Of a DNA stretch of 64,000 nt, positions 1-13,747 are shown one piece after another. The notes under the pieces were generated by a model that worked only from the letters and a program-made list of their open reading frames with translations, searched no databases and was not told the origin of the DNA. Source of the DNA: Schmidtea polychroa (taxonomy: Eukaryota). The translations under genes were made by a program, and so were the position numbers. The number at the start of each line of letters is the position of its first letter. The stretch's first letter is position 1. The stretch is taken from the NCBI GenBank assembly GCA_044892525.1, contig CM097885.1:33854001-33918000 (forward strand). The letters run 5' to 3'.

Positions 1-390
1 GCCACTTAACAATACAAGAGTTGTCAATGATTTGGTATGAAATTTTATTTTGTTGATGGATATTTTCTGAAATAATAACTACGTTAATAATAATAATAAT
101 AACCAATTTTCGAATGTTTGAATAAGTATATGAATAAATGTCCAGATATTTATAACATTAATTAATTATTACTTTACAATTACTTTAAATCATAATCAAC
201 AGAAAGACATAATTTTTTCGAATTTTTTCACTATTATCAAATTTCTTTTTATATCTTAAATTTTTAAATATTTAAAATTTATTTTTATTAAATTCAATTT
301 AATGACAGTCATGATAATAGTTTTTAACTTTGGTAAATGATATGGTTTGAAACTAATATTAATATTAAGATAATATATACAATTTAATTA

Positions 391-778
391 CACAGGATTA
401 CAAAAAAAATCTTTTGGTCTGGTGTCTAAAATGTTTTAAATGATTTCTAGCAATTTAAGAAAGCTGAATCCAAGTATGACACCCATTTTTCTGTATCAGA
501 TCATGTTTTTTTGCTAACTTTTAAAGAAATTATTATGTAATGCTGTGCTTGATCTCTACTTTCACACAAACAGAGAAAACATGGGAATTTTGTAAACCCT
601 GACTGTTGTCCCAACAAAAAGTTAACCATTTTCAAATCGACACAAATCTGGCCCCATACTGATCATAATGAAATTTCCCATGAACGTACTTTTCCGCCTC
701 ATACTTCTCTTTCAGTGTTGTTGATTATGCAATGGGCACAGAGCCCAACTGGTTGCCATTATGCAATAGAACAAAAAA
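391..778 (-). mobile_element. Degenerate DNA transposon (TcMar-m44-like), central transposase fragment plus probable terminus
   Basis: Minus strand 530-778 translates (with stop/frameshift) to VLLHNGNQLGSVPIA*STTLKEKYE...ICVDLKMVNFLLGQQSGFTKFPCFLCLCESRDQAQHY, a motif string typical of this transposase family; TA|CACAG at 389-395 is a possible end. Confidence 0.7.
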
Positions 779-964
779 AAATCAAATTTTATTTTAATAA
801 ATACGTGCATGCATGCACGCCATACTGCCGAAGAGGAAAACTTCTCACCCTTAAAGTTCTGTAGCTTTTATTCTTTCATCTTCTATTGCTGGAGTTAAAA
901 ACTCCCGCAATTGTACGTGGATATCGGGTAGAAACAGGATCGAATATTGAGATATGAGTCTTTG

Positions 965-1240
965 GGCTTTGTGGAGGTCGGCCATTTGTGGAGAGGAAAG
1001 GATAGTAGAGGATAACATCTTGAATAGATGTAAATGTCTGAGCAGGAGGCTTTGATAATGAGGCTTTGAGCATTGTGGAGGTCGGCAATTTGCGGGGAGG
1101 ACAGGATCGTAGAGGATAACATCTTAGATAAATGTAAATGTCAGAGCAGAAGGCTTTGAGTATTGTGGAGGTCGGCCATTTGCAAGGACAGGATCGTAGA
1201 GGATATTATCTTAAATAAATGTAAATATCGGAGCAGGAAG
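965..1240. repeat. Tandem repeat, ~3 diverged copies of a ~90-105 bp unit
   Basis: Unit TGTGGAGGTCGGC(C/A)ATTTG...AGGAT(A/C)GTAGAGGATAACATCTT...ATGTAAATGTC.GAGCAG.AGGCT recurs at ~970, ~1074 and ~1164. Confidence 0.9.
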
Positions 1241-1510
1241 GCTCCCCTGTGCGGTTTATAGCGGTAATTGCTACTTATTATAGTATATATTAAAAGGAGT
1301 TGATGAAGGTTGGGATAGTAATAGTATTAATATTAATAATAGTATAATAGTTATAGTAATAATAATAGTAGTTATTGTAGTAATAGTATAGTAATAATGA
1401 TTATAATATGGATATGAACGACTAAAAAGACCACCAAATAGGCAGAGCCCCTACAAGGATTCCTACATTAACTCATTCGGTGATTGACATTTACAAGTAG
1501 TACATTATTA

Positions 1511-1524
1511 ATAAATAATAATAG

Positions 1525-1569
<45 letters not shown>

Positions 1570-1598
1570 TAATAATAATAATAAATATAATAATAATA

Positions 1599-1646
<48 letters not shown>

Positions 1647-1770
1647 GTAATAACAATACTAATAATAATAAAAATAATAATAATAAATACATCAAAAATA
1701 ATAATAGTAACAATTATAATAACAATAGCAATAACAACAGTGATAATAACAGCGATAATAGTAATAATAA
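1511..1770. repeat. Imperfect (AAT)n microsatellite
   Basis: Direct reading; source of the spurious poly-N/poly-L ORFs. Confidence 0.97.
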
Positions 1771-2142
1771 GAGGTCATTAGGGTATTTACTTGTCTTTTA
1801 AGTAGGTTAAGTTAGAGAGTTTAGATTTTAAGTTTTAAGGTTTTTAGGATTTAAGTATTTTATTTGTTTTTAATTTTAGGTATAGATAATTTTTGGTATT
1901 AGATAATGGATTTTTCAAAATGAATATAGTCAATATATAAATGTGTAATAATAATATTTATTTACTGGATTAGTGTTATAGATAATAGCCTTAATACACA
2001 AATAAAATAAGATAATGCTTTGAGTACATATTATATATCAATATCTGGGTTTCAAGGTTGGTTTAACAAGAGACATATAAAAAGTATAAGGGGTGATATA
2101 TAATAACCATATATATATATATATATATATATATGAGTATAA

Positions 2143-4500
2143 TTAATCTTTGTATATGTGTTGACGATATATTTGGTAGCTGCTATTGATTGCAGCTACA
2201 CATGCTTTTTTGGCTAGCTCCTTTATTTCGTTATTGGATAGGCCAATAATTTTAAGTATAGAATTGTTACTTTTATCTCACGAACCAAGGGTACCAATTA
2301 CAAGGGCGTGTAATGTGTGTGGGCATTTATGGAGTCTACCAATTTCTTCGCCTAGTTCCTTATATTTATTATAGTTGTTTTTCCTAGAGTTGTCATAGTT
2401 TTCTCTGGAATCGAAAGGGACCTTAATGTCTAAGATATGTATGGCTTTATTTCGTTTGGATTTTAGGAGAAGATCAGGTTTAAGAGTAGAGTTGGTACCT
2501 TCCGGTATTTTCTCTATGTCTACTTCATAGTTGATAGAGATAAGAAAGTTTGCCACAGTTTCTAAGACATTGTCATGCTTATTTCGTCGTGCATTAATAC
2601 GTGCTTGGCAATGATTGAAGATGTGTGCAGGTGTTTCTGGGTGAGCATGGCAGTGTCGGCAGAGTATTGATTTATTAGTCTTTAGGCGGTGTGGTGAATA
2701 ATTCAGTTTTAGAATGTTGTTGCGTGCGCGAATAAGAAAAAGGAATTGGGCATTGGGAAGGATGTCACTTTTAAAGAAATAGTCGACAATGCTGCTTTCA
2801 CTAATTGCCTTTGCCATATAACCCTGGCACTTCATCGCACACCAACGTTCAGCATAGATGAGTCCAATAATAAAGTGTAGTTCAGATGACGTTCTATCTA
2901 CATTACCAAGGGAAAAATAATTGATACGACTCTTGTATTTTATTTCAAGCTGTAAGAGGTCCTCAAGCATTACTATTTTGGTTGATATACCGTATTGGTG
3001 GAGCAGACGTCGGGCGGATTTTTTAAATTTCGAGAAGATGGAGAAGGTTGGGTAGCTTTTAGATAGTTGGCCATTTAGCTAGGACAGTGCAACATTTAAA
3101 TCTCCCTGCCCTCTAGCCTCAATAAGTTCGCAAGTAATGAGATTCTTAAAGTTAAGATCACTGGAGTTTAATGCCCTAATAAACTGAACAATGCTTTGGA
3201 TAAGGTATTCGTCAATGGATGACACAAGTCCAAGACCGCCAAGTTTGCAAGGAAATTGTCATTCAGTTGCATTATCTTATCTCCGATGGATCTTTTAATA
3301 CCCTGTTTTATTTGCAGGTCGAATCCATATTGTTGTATTTCAGAGCTACGAAGGATGTTGCGTGGAGAGTCAAGAATGTTATGGTTAGTAACACAATTTC
3401 TAAAAGTAAAGTTCAAGCGGGAGTGGATGAAGACTTTAAAGGCGTTAATTTTTTGCGAAGGATGAAGATGAGAGTTGGGAATTTTGTTTGTGTCTTGAAT
3501 TGCGGAGTCTAGCCTTTCTTTGATGCAGTGTTTAGTTTTATGGGTGAAGTCTACCCCTAGATATCTGTACATATTAGAATCATAAATTTTTGGTAGGGTT
3601 TCGCCATAGAGTAGAATGGGTTGATAGTTGCAGTCGTGATCAACGTGGAAGTATCCAGATTTCGAGGGTTTAAAACGTAGGTTGACTTTTGTTGCAAGAG
3701 AAACAGTAAGAGATAGGGCCGATTTGATATTGGAGTAAGAGTCAGATATAAGCACTATATCATCAGCATATGCAAGAATGCTAATGTTGTGATTTCAGCT
3801 TTACCAGATTTAAGGATGAGTCGGGTGCGAAAGGATTTCCAGCAAACAGGAGATCTGGAGTTGCGTAGTATGTTGTTACATATAGCAAGGATGAGTTCAA
3901 AGTTAGGAGATATCTTTCTCCAATCGCTTAGAGAGATTTTATCAGTACCAGGGGCAGTATTGTCGAGCTGGCAGAAGATACTTTTAATATCATCAATGTC
4001 GAAGGGAGTGATGGTGAAGGATTAAGAGAGTGTTGGGTACTGATAGTTAAGGTCAGAGTTCGCTAATTGCTGTCAATAAAAAGTCTCCACTCTTCGATTT
4101 TGTACTGTGTAAACCCTAGTTTATGTAAGAGCTGTGCAATAGCAATGCACTACACCAGGTCATCTTTATTAAAAAAACGGGAGGTACCCTTCATGCTTGC
4201 TTCGGTAGAATGTGATGCAAGCACTATGAGAGAGAACGTTTTTGTCCTTTAGTCTCGATACAAACAGCTCAGCAATCGATTTGGGCTAGCTGAGATCACG
4301 AACAAGGTCAATAGGCTCATGTTGAGGAAACGGATGTAGAGCTTCATCGTCAGGAATTAATTCTTCTCCTTCATCTTCTTCAACACTGGAAGAGGAGGAG
4401 AATTCTTCGTCGATCATGTCGAGAAGATCATGAAATACAAGCACTGAAATCTCATCGCAGTAGGACATAGGACAAAGTGTTGTTTCCAGATCAGGAGCTT
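2143..4500 (-). mobile_element. Degenerate RLE-type non-LTR retrotransposon (NeSL/Utopia-like): RT, CCHC zinc knuckle, restriction-like endonuclease
   Basis: Minus strand: LAYADDIVLI at ~3775-3745 (RT), YRYLGV, CRHCHAHPETPAHIFNHC, RRNKHDNV, KPDLLL...ILDIKVPF, KYNKY, VIGTLGS*DKSN (GSW with TGG>TGA), SYQIYRQH before the stop at ~2143; several frameshifts and deletions. Confidence 0.9.
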
Positions 4501-4688
4501 TAACATATCAACATACCGTCAACATACCACATTCATACTTAAATTGCAATTTTATTAAAAATTATTTTATTTGAAAATTAAAATTAAAATATTCATTTTA
4601 ATGTTAAACTATTTTAATTCTAATATATTTCAAATTATTTAAGTTTCACTTTTAATTTTGCAAAATTTAATCATGAAATAATTTAAAT

Positions 4689-5419
4689 TTAACATTTTAA
4701 TTTTAACTCCTCACAAGGATATTTGAGTAAGCTCCGGTTTTTCTTGTTTGTTCCAGTTACATCAATGACATAGAAGTAACAGTCAGTTGCATGGTTTGAA
4801 GGTTCCATCCAAACCACATGGATTATAAATGTTAAAGAACTCCTTGTTCTTTTAGTACACTGACGAAGAGGCTTTATCCAGGTCTTGCATATCATGTGAG
4901 GTGCCAAATTTTTAACTTGATCACCTAGCTTCATACCGAAGTATGAATGATAAACACGCTATTCAAAGTTGGTGACGGGATTCATGTTAGCAATATTAGT
5001 ATATTCACCACAGATATAGCAAAATACATCAGGTTTAATTTTACAAAATCTTCTACATGAAGCCATCTTTTCACTGCAACAACAATTGAATAAATAAAAG
5101 AACCAACTTGAATCTAAAGTTAAAAATGCATAGATATTATGCATATATATTTCACTTACTATTATACCGATGGCAAGCATAGACACGTAAAACGTTTTTC
5201 GAATCAAAATTAAAAAGCTCAAGAGCGAGTGCCGGATGATGGAGGTCACCTGATTCCAAAAACAGATCATGCAGAAGCAAAATTAAATAATCAATCAGGT
5301 TACAAATGCATACCACTCAATATCGAATGGATTTTAGAGCATTGAGGGTCCGGACTATCTTATACTCGGAAATTTTTTCATTAAATACATTATTTGCAGC
5401 AAAAGGATTAAATTATTAT

Positions 5420-5420
<1 letters not shown>
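4689..5420 (-). mobile_element. 5' part of the TcMar-m44-like transposon (N-terminal Cys/His domain)
   Basis: MASCRRFCKIKPDVFCYICGEYT (ATG at 5066), FGMKLGDQVKNLAPHMICKT, VWMEPSNHATDCYF; colinear with the 530-778 fragment; 5356-5420 is repeated at ~37818-37885. Confidence 0.75.
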
Positions 5421-5496
<76 letters not shown>

Positions 5497-5580
5497 CATA
5501 ATAATCATAATAATCATAATAATCATAATAATCATAATAATCATAATAATAATAATAATTATCATTATAATAAAATAATA
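5421..5580. repeat. (AAT)n/(AATAATCAT)n microsatellite
   Basis: Direct reading. Confidence 0.97.
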
Positions 5581-8320
5581 ATAATATTTGATTTATTTTA
5601 TCTTCCTTCAATCTTATTATTTGATTTAATCGAAACAAATTTGTAATCATCATGCTCTAAGTAATGTGATAAAATGATAATTAAGACAGAACGAGATTTG
5701 TGTAATTGCGAAATTCTTAATTACTATTTTTAAAAAAAAAATTCTGATTTTTGATTCAATAATATTTTATTTGTCATTAAAATTATTCGATTTATTGACA
5801 GTTAATTTTGTTTTAATATCGATTTATTAAAATATTATTCTAAATTATCATTTAAATTTTATTCTATTGCAAAGAATGAATATTAAAATAATCTATTTAA
5901 ATTTCTAGTAAATATCTTTAAATTTTTCATAACCTTTAAAATGAATTATATATTTTCTTTTAAATTTTATTCGGAAATATTTAACCCAAAACAATTTTTT
6001 CTGGGATTAAAAATAATTAACCAATGAAATAAATCTAAAATATTTATGTTAAGTAGAAACCGAGATTAATTCGGCCAACTTTGGATAAAATCTCTTCCAA
6101 AATCATAAAAAATTATAAATTATCATATAAAAATTTAATACAACTATACTTTTAATTATATAATTTAAAATTTATATTATGAAAGTGGAATTGAGATTTA
6201 TTTCGAGTTTTGTTAAATCAAAATGTGTTAAACTTAGTCTAAAATGACAAAGTTAAACATCAGTAAAATCATTTATTTTTTTTGATTATCTTTGATCTGT
6301 TTACTTTTTATAATGAAAAATGTTGAAAAAAAATACCTAAATAATAAAATTAAATAATTATTAAAGTGAGCAAAATTATTGGGGAAAAGATATAAAATAA
6401 AGTGTATGTAGGTTCAGAATTCTGAAAACCAAGAGCGAGGGACAGAAATGGAAAAAATAAAAATAAAATGGCAAATAATTTATAAAATCAAACAATGAAA
6501 TATGACAAGGTTGTGTTTAATTAACAAACACGAATCAAAGGAAATAATACAAAAACAAAATCGAGATTAAATTTGTCGACAACTAGTCCGAGAAAACGAA
6601 TGGATTACAACGGAATTCGGAGAAAAAGGATATGACAAAATCAATTAACAGTTATTATATGAGATAACAGAAATTAACCACAGATTGTTTGGAGATAAAT
6701 TGTAAAATTTAAAGTAAAGTTCAAGTACCAGCAAAATAACAAATTATAAAAATGAAAAACACAGATCGAGTTAAACAGAAAAAAGATTGAAGAAAAAGAG
6801 AATAAAAGACAAAGAACAAATAAACGAAATAATTGGAGAAAACTAAAAATGTGGAAAAACAGTAAATTTAAAATTTATCCTAATGATAATTGAAAACAGG
6901 TTATTTCAGAGATTAAAGAAAGCCAAATAAAAGGTAAAGTTAGCAGCTAACTAGTACAAGTATATCTAGGAGGTTCAACCTTGAGGTAGTTTAGCAATCA
7001 TTGAATTTCGCTATTACTCACTGTATGTTGTGATAAACCTTGAGTTTGAGTAATGAACCTATGGTACAATTGCGTAAGCCGGAATCAAATCGATTGTAAT
7101 TATAATAAATAATAAATATTGATAACATCGAGAACTTGTCATTGTTTGTAATATTTCATGACGTGATTGGTATTATATCAATAATTTGCAATATTTAATT
7201 TCACCGTAAAATCCAACAAAATAATTATATTATCAAAAATTTAAATATATCTATAATATAATTCGTATATTCCTCGGGTAAAAAGATATGTGATTATAAA
7301 TTCATTATACAATTTAATTAATTATTTATGGTAATCTTATTTTTTTAATCAAAATTTAGTTAATATTCAAAATTCACATTTCATTATCGTACATTTTTAC
7401 CTCTTTTAATTTTTTAAAATATTTAGAAATATTTTCATTTCTTTCACGAATGCCTGCTTTTTGAAAACTGATTTAGAAAATAGTATTTGCTTTAATAACT
7501 GGGAATCGGTAAATCCATAAACATTAAGTTCTTTTGCTGTTTTCATTAAGACTCCTTTTAAAATTTTTCAAAGTAATAATTTTTTAATAATTCAATAAAA
7601 ACAAAAAATAACATTAAATTATTTGAATTGAATAAAATAAATTAAATTAATTAAAAAAATAAATTAATCAAATTTAATAAATATATAACAATTTCATATT
7701 TTTAATTAAAATTTATAATTATTTTCAAGTATGCTTGATTAGATTTTGTGTTTTATTTAATGGAGAATAGAAACCAGAATTCAATTCAAACGATTTCTTT
7801 CAAAATTAGAATCAGATAAATAAATCCCCGAAAACGAAATAAAAAAACAACGAAGAAAAATGAGATTGAATCTGTGAATTTGATTATTTATTTTTCTTCT
7901 GTTGAAATTACATTCAGCCAATAAGTAGATCACAAAACCGGTCAGAAAACACCGATATAATTATAAAATATCCCAACACAATCATTAGGGAAAATTGTCA
8001 AAAATTGACACTTTCAAAATGCCAATTTTCTTGTTTTAATATTTATGAATTTATAATTTTTTTGAGGGTGGTAGGTTTATTCAAACAAAATTGGAGCTTA
8101 ATTATTAAAAAATGGTTTAGTCTAGTTAGATTAAAGGAATTACCAATTTAGAGTCTGATCGTTTTATTCGATGAAATAATTTTGGATTTCATAAGAAATT
8201 GGCATTATTTTCATACGAAATGATGATGTTGTTTATTCCAACTTTAATTATAAACAACAATTTTAAGTTTTTGTTGGATTGTGTTTATGAATTCAATGTT
8301 TATTTAAAAAAATATTATTA

Positions 8321-8322
<2 letters not shown>

Positions 8323-8400
<78 letters not shown>

Positions 8401-8405
8401 CAATA
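8323..8405. repeat. (AAT)n microsatellite
   Basis: Direct reading. Confidence 0.97.
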
Positions 8406-8643
8406 ATATTATACAATCTACTAATATATAAATAAATAATAATCTGAAATAATAATTATTATATATTATGATTTTATCTAAACCGTTATCTTATAAATTG
8501 TTTTTTAAAAATTTGAGATTTATATGTTAAATTATTCTGTAAAATTGTCTACAATGTTTGGAAATCCTTTCGGAAGTGATTGTAAATTTCATTCTCATTT
8601 CCTTTCTTATTATATTTTTTTCTATTCACATTGTCAGATGGTG

Positions 8644-8650
<7 letters not shown>

Positions 8651-8692
<42 letters not shown>
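8651..8692. repeat. (TA)n microsatellite
   Basis: Direct reading. Confidence 0.97.
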
Positions 8693-8698
<6 letters not shown>

Positions 8699-11600
8699 TA
8701 GAAAATGAAATGAATTTTCATTAAATATTTTAAATTAAAAGAAGTTCAGCTTATAACCATTTTTGAGTAAAAATTAATATTAATAAATCTGACAAATTGT
8801 TTTTCGAATTTAATTTAAATTTTAATTTATTTGTCAAATATCTAAAACTTTAGTAATGGTCATAAATGTGAGTGTTTTTCTTATTTTTTTAAACATTTTT
8901 TTTCTATAAAATATCGCGTCAATTTTTATTCGATATTAATAATAAAGGGAATTATTTTGCAGAGATAAAAGCAATTATTTAATAAAAGAATTGACATTTA
9001 ACTGACTTTATATGCACTGCAATAATAATGCAATCTGAGGAATTATATAAAATAAATGAAAGGCGATATCCATGCTTGAAATTTAAATTTCATTTTTATG
9101 AAGAATTTAATTTTTTATATTGTTTAGTTAATCTACAATTAAGTAAATATAAAAAATATATAATAGCATAGTTATGAAATAAAATATATGTTCAAAATAT
9201 TGGTTCTAAAGAATTTTCAGTTTTGTTATTTTAAATGTTGATTCTAATTTTGAGAATTTTCAAGAACGAATATTTTTGTTTCAATCTTCGTTTTGTGTAA
9301 TGTAGAATGACATATTTCATCCAAATGTCTGTTTCGAATGATTTGAAAACGGAATCTTAAACAGTGACAATTGTTTGGTTACCGAATAAAGGGTACTTAA
9401 AACAAAAGAAGTTGTGAAGACTATTTGCAAAAATTGTCAAACAAATTAAGATTGAAGTTATTGAATTGAACCTGCGTAAAGTACATCTAGCCGTTGAAGA
9501 AAGATTGTTCATCAGAAAAGCTTGATAAAAAAGTCTCACTAAAATTCACAATAAATTGAGAGTTCAACATTTATTGATTAAATCGTGAAAAAAATACAAA
9601 GTTAAAGAGTCAAAACACTTCAACAAACTGAAGTTACAAAAGCAGATTATTGGTATTTTTTAATAGTCCGAAAGTGAATTAATTCATTAAAATCTATTTA
9701 CATTTGGTTTTAGGACCAGACTAGAGTTCGATTGGATTAATTTGTAGGTTTTTAGAATCAAATACAATAATAATTATTTATTATAATTTTTAATTAATAA
9801 TTTAGAATTGTAATATTTGTAATTTATTTTAAATAATATATTAAAATTATTTATATTAAATATTGTAGAGACTATTTAGAAAAAATTTGGGCAAACAAAA
9901 TAAAGGTTATCTTACATGAACGTTTCAGTATTACGAAAGATTATAAGATTTTCAAAAAGGATTTCATAAAAATAAAAAATGAAAACCTCATAAACGTTGT
10001 TTTCAGCATCACAAACCTTGAAATTACTTTCAAGGATTGTTTGATAACTTTGATTATTTGAAGTATTTCGTAGAAAAATTTAAAAATTAGAAATCATTTG
10101 AAAGAAGAACATCGAATGAAAATAAAAATATTAAAATTTGGGATTTAAAACATCTTTTTCACAACAATATTACTCATATATTTCAAAAAAATATTGAAAA
10201 GATTTATTTTTAAAAATATTTTAAGATTTTACACATGTGAAATTTATTTTAAAGGTGTTCGAATTGCCTCACACTTTTAAAAATGAATATTTTTAACTAC
10301 TAAATTTTTAAATTTCTATTATTCTCAAAATTTGTTCTAAGCTAATGTATAATAAAATTTACCATTAATCATATAGAGGAAATTAATTTTTTGTTTTATG
10401 ATTTGAATTCTGATTTTGAAATTAAAAATTTTCAAATTAGTACCGGAAAGACCAATTAAAACCAATGATTATTGAAACAAGAACTGCCGTCGACCAGAAC
10501 TTTAATTTTTTGAGGATATTTTGCAATATATTTAATGTTATTACTTTAATAAAGAAATTTAAAAAATTTCTATTTTAGTTATAATTAATCAAAAAAAAAC
10601 AATTTACATAAATTTTTTTGCAGTCTAATATTTTAAACTGAGACATTTCTTGTCAAAAACACAGAAATTTGAGTTAGAAACAGATAAGAATTATAGCTTC
10701 ACTTTTTTTTTCATAATTTATTGACTTAAAACATGCAGAGAAACGTTTAAATTTGAGAAGATAAAGCAGAAAAACTATTGGAATATTTTATGGGATCAAA
10801 TATAACTCTTTTAATTTAAAATATTTAAAAATTACTTAATAATTATCACAATTGAATTTAATAAATTAAAAAGTTTTCCAAACAATTTCCACAATCAAAA
10901 TACTTTAGAAATAATTATAGTTTTAAATTAAAAATGAATTTTTAAAATTTTAAATTATTGTAACTAAATAAACGATTTTTTACGACTATTTTAAATGTCT
11001 TTTCCTAAAATTGAACTTGATATCATATATTTTTTAACATTGATATTGAAAAGTTAAAATATTATTTTCATTCCATAAACAAAACCCGACTTATGTAAAG
11101 CTTAATCCAGTTGAATGATTTGTTATTTTTTAAGCCTATCAAAATCAAGCTTTATTTTTATATTTGTGTTTTAATATTTTATTTATTTTCATTACGTCAA
11201 TAGCTCAAAATATAACGTTACACAGAATAATAAATTTTTTATCTATATTAGTATAATTATATATAATAATATATATAATTTTTATTAATTTTAAAACGAC
11301 TAAGAAATTATAAACAAATAAATAAATTAAACTATTATTCAAAATATTCCAATTAATTTATGTCTGAAATTAACTGAGAAAATATTTTAGACAAATAATT
11401 TTATTCGTGAAAATTTATTATTTGCATAGATCAGAACTTTGACTTTTTTATATCAATCTATAGAGAAAAATTATCTAATTTCGAAGACCAAGTCTAATAG
11501 ATATTTGACATTGGGGAATAAAATAAATGATAAATTACTTAAGAAATTCCCAATGTCAGATCGAAACATTTATCCAGTAAAAATCTAAGCATAATCACTT

Positions 11601-13190
11601 GTTAATATTTAAATTAAATTAACAATCAAGAGCTATTCTTTTCGAAAACATATTTGATTTGGAAATATCATGAGTCATTTGTACTGTAGGTGTTAAAAAT
11701 AATTGTAAATGCATACATTTAAACAAAGGGTGTTTTAATATACTTTAAAAAACAAGTCCGACATTAATAGGATAAAGCATATTTTTAAATTAAAATTTAT
11801 TATTAAAGTTGGAATTACAGAATAACTTCAATTTAGATGGTCTCAAGCCTTATGTTTAAAAATCATTTCCCATTTTAAAACATTTTTGTTGAATTTTATC
11901 ATAACTACATAATTATCATAACTTTTATTATTATGTGTCATATCTGGCGAACTTTTTAACACTTCTCTTCTACTTGCTACTTATCAAAAGTAAATAGCTA
12001 ATAAATACTTTCCCTTTCACATAGATGAGTAATGGTTACTTTTATTAATTACTTTATTAAATTACTTATTTTTATTTAATTTTTTTTATTGTATTTTTAT
12101 AAATTATTATAATTATATTATTATTTTTCCAATTGTTATTATTAATTATTTATTTATTTAATATTTAATAAATATTTCTAAAAAACAATTTATTTTTTAA
12201 AAGTTAATTACTTCCATTAATTTATTTTTTATTTCTATTTATTATTATTATTTTATTAATGTTCTTTAACCTCGTATTTAATAAATTTTCAATAATTTTA
12301 TCACGTTAGTAATTGTTAGTCTTCTATTATACAATATTTATATACAAAATAATAAATAAGCGCAATAAGGCAAGTATAAGAGTACACTTTTATTAATTCA
12401 ATAAAATAATTACAGCGATAGTCATGAATATGTTAAAGATTTAATAAGCAGTTCGAATACGTTAAGTTATGTTGTTTATTTGGTAAATATATTTTTAATA
12501 ATATTGATATAAAGATAATAAATTTATTTGATTTGATATAATAACAGTTTTCCAGTCTTTTATTCTTAGCAACCCAAACCTACTGAAAGTTGAAGTAGCT
12601 TTGGTAATTTAAAACATAAAGTATTTTTCTGTATGTATCCTTCAATATTACTACTTTTGCTTTTGTTTTAATCAGCTTATTAGCTGTAGTATTATGGTTT
12701 AAGAAATACTTATTCCTTGTAACCACAACCCTTCATTTCTTTTCTATATTTCCCAAAGGGGTTATGTAAGTTATTGTTGTATAATGGATGCAATGGTTCA
12801 TAAATGGAAGTGTTAAAAAGATTTTCGTTGATGATGATTTTTAAAATGATTTCCTGAATAATTGTTTAAATTCTTTAAAGTTTAGTTGTTTGACCATTGT
12901 CAGTTTGGAAATTGTACTATGAAAATTGGGAATTTTGAGTTTTCTTAGAAGTTAAGTAGGAATTGAATGTTATCATGACCATTAAATAAAATAAAGTATT
13001 TCTTACCATTGCGTCTTTTTAGTTCGATATTTTCAAGACAAAGTTAGTCTTTTATTATATTTATTAGAATGGTCACTGTTTTGGTCTAATATACCATATA
13101 TTGATGATGTAAGATTAACATCCTGTTTATTTTTCAATCTTTTTTATCTGATTATAAAATGTAAGAAGTCCTTATCTATTCTTTTTACAG

Positions 13191-13299
13191 TTTCACAAAT
13201 TCCGAAATTTATATCGAATAGTTTAATGAATAGAGCAGATTTACTTTATTATTCAGATTCTAAGAAGGATGCCTTACGTAACAAGACTGATATATTTAA
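13191..13299 (+). CDS. Probable Caskin-like exon upstream of SAM1
   Basis: Strong acceptor TTCTTTTTACAG at 13190; open frame SQIPKFISNSLMNRADLLYYSDSKKDALRNKTDIF; donor GTAATA at 13300; joining to 13549 gives DIFNWLQHL but needs an unusual GAG acceptor. Confidence 0.5.
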
Positions 13300-13546
13300 G
13301 TAATATTAATCCTTTTAATATAAAAAATTGTTGTTTAAATGAAATGATTATATTTTGGTTTCTAGTTGAGATTTAATAAATTTAATATAGAAATGCTCTT
13401 TTTTACTTCCTATATAAAAATCTATAATTATGCTTAAATTTTTATTTTAATATTTAAAATTATACATATCATAAGTCAATTTTATTATGGTGTGTCTTTT
13501 AGAAAAAATAATTGATTACAATTTAAATAAAAGATTATTATTTTAG

Positions 13547-13747
13547 AGTTGGCTCCAACATTTATCTTTGGAATGCTATACGAAAAACTTCATTAAAGCT
13601 GGTTATGATTTTTGTACTCTAATGAAAATGACCCCGGAAGACCTAAATGCTATAGGAGTGACAAATCCAAATCATAGAAAGATCATTAAGTCTGACATCA
13701 CAAATCTAAGTGGATCAGTGCTGGACAATTTACCTGAGTGCATACCG
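13547..13747 (+). CDS. caskin: Caskin-like protein, exon encoding SAM domain 1
   Basis: WLQHLSLECYTKNFIKAGYDFCTLMKMTPEDLNAIGVTNPNHRKII matches the Caskin SAM1 pattern (AGYD...MTPEDL.AIGVT.P.HRK); donor CCG|GTAATT, phase 0; exact acceptor is 13547 or 13549. Confidence 0.9.

Noticed and set aside
965..1240. CRISPR-like array
   Set aside because: Whole units are repeated with no unique spacers; eukaryotic context and no cas genes
1468..1801. Poly-L/poly-N ORFs (also the poly-I/poly-Y ORFs at 5306-5653 and 20006-20278)
   Set aside because: Translations of (AAT)n microsatellites
5228..5275. Second hammerhead-like string (CGGATGA...AAAAC.GATC)
   Set aside because: Three or more core mismatches and no stem I
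7917..7990. Candidate upstream Caskin exons (also 10441-10500)
   Set aside because: Acceptor-like AG present but no convincing donor, frame or homology
13000..13130. YIDD reverse transcriptase motif
   Set aside because: Isolated tetrapeptide with no other RT motifs in frame
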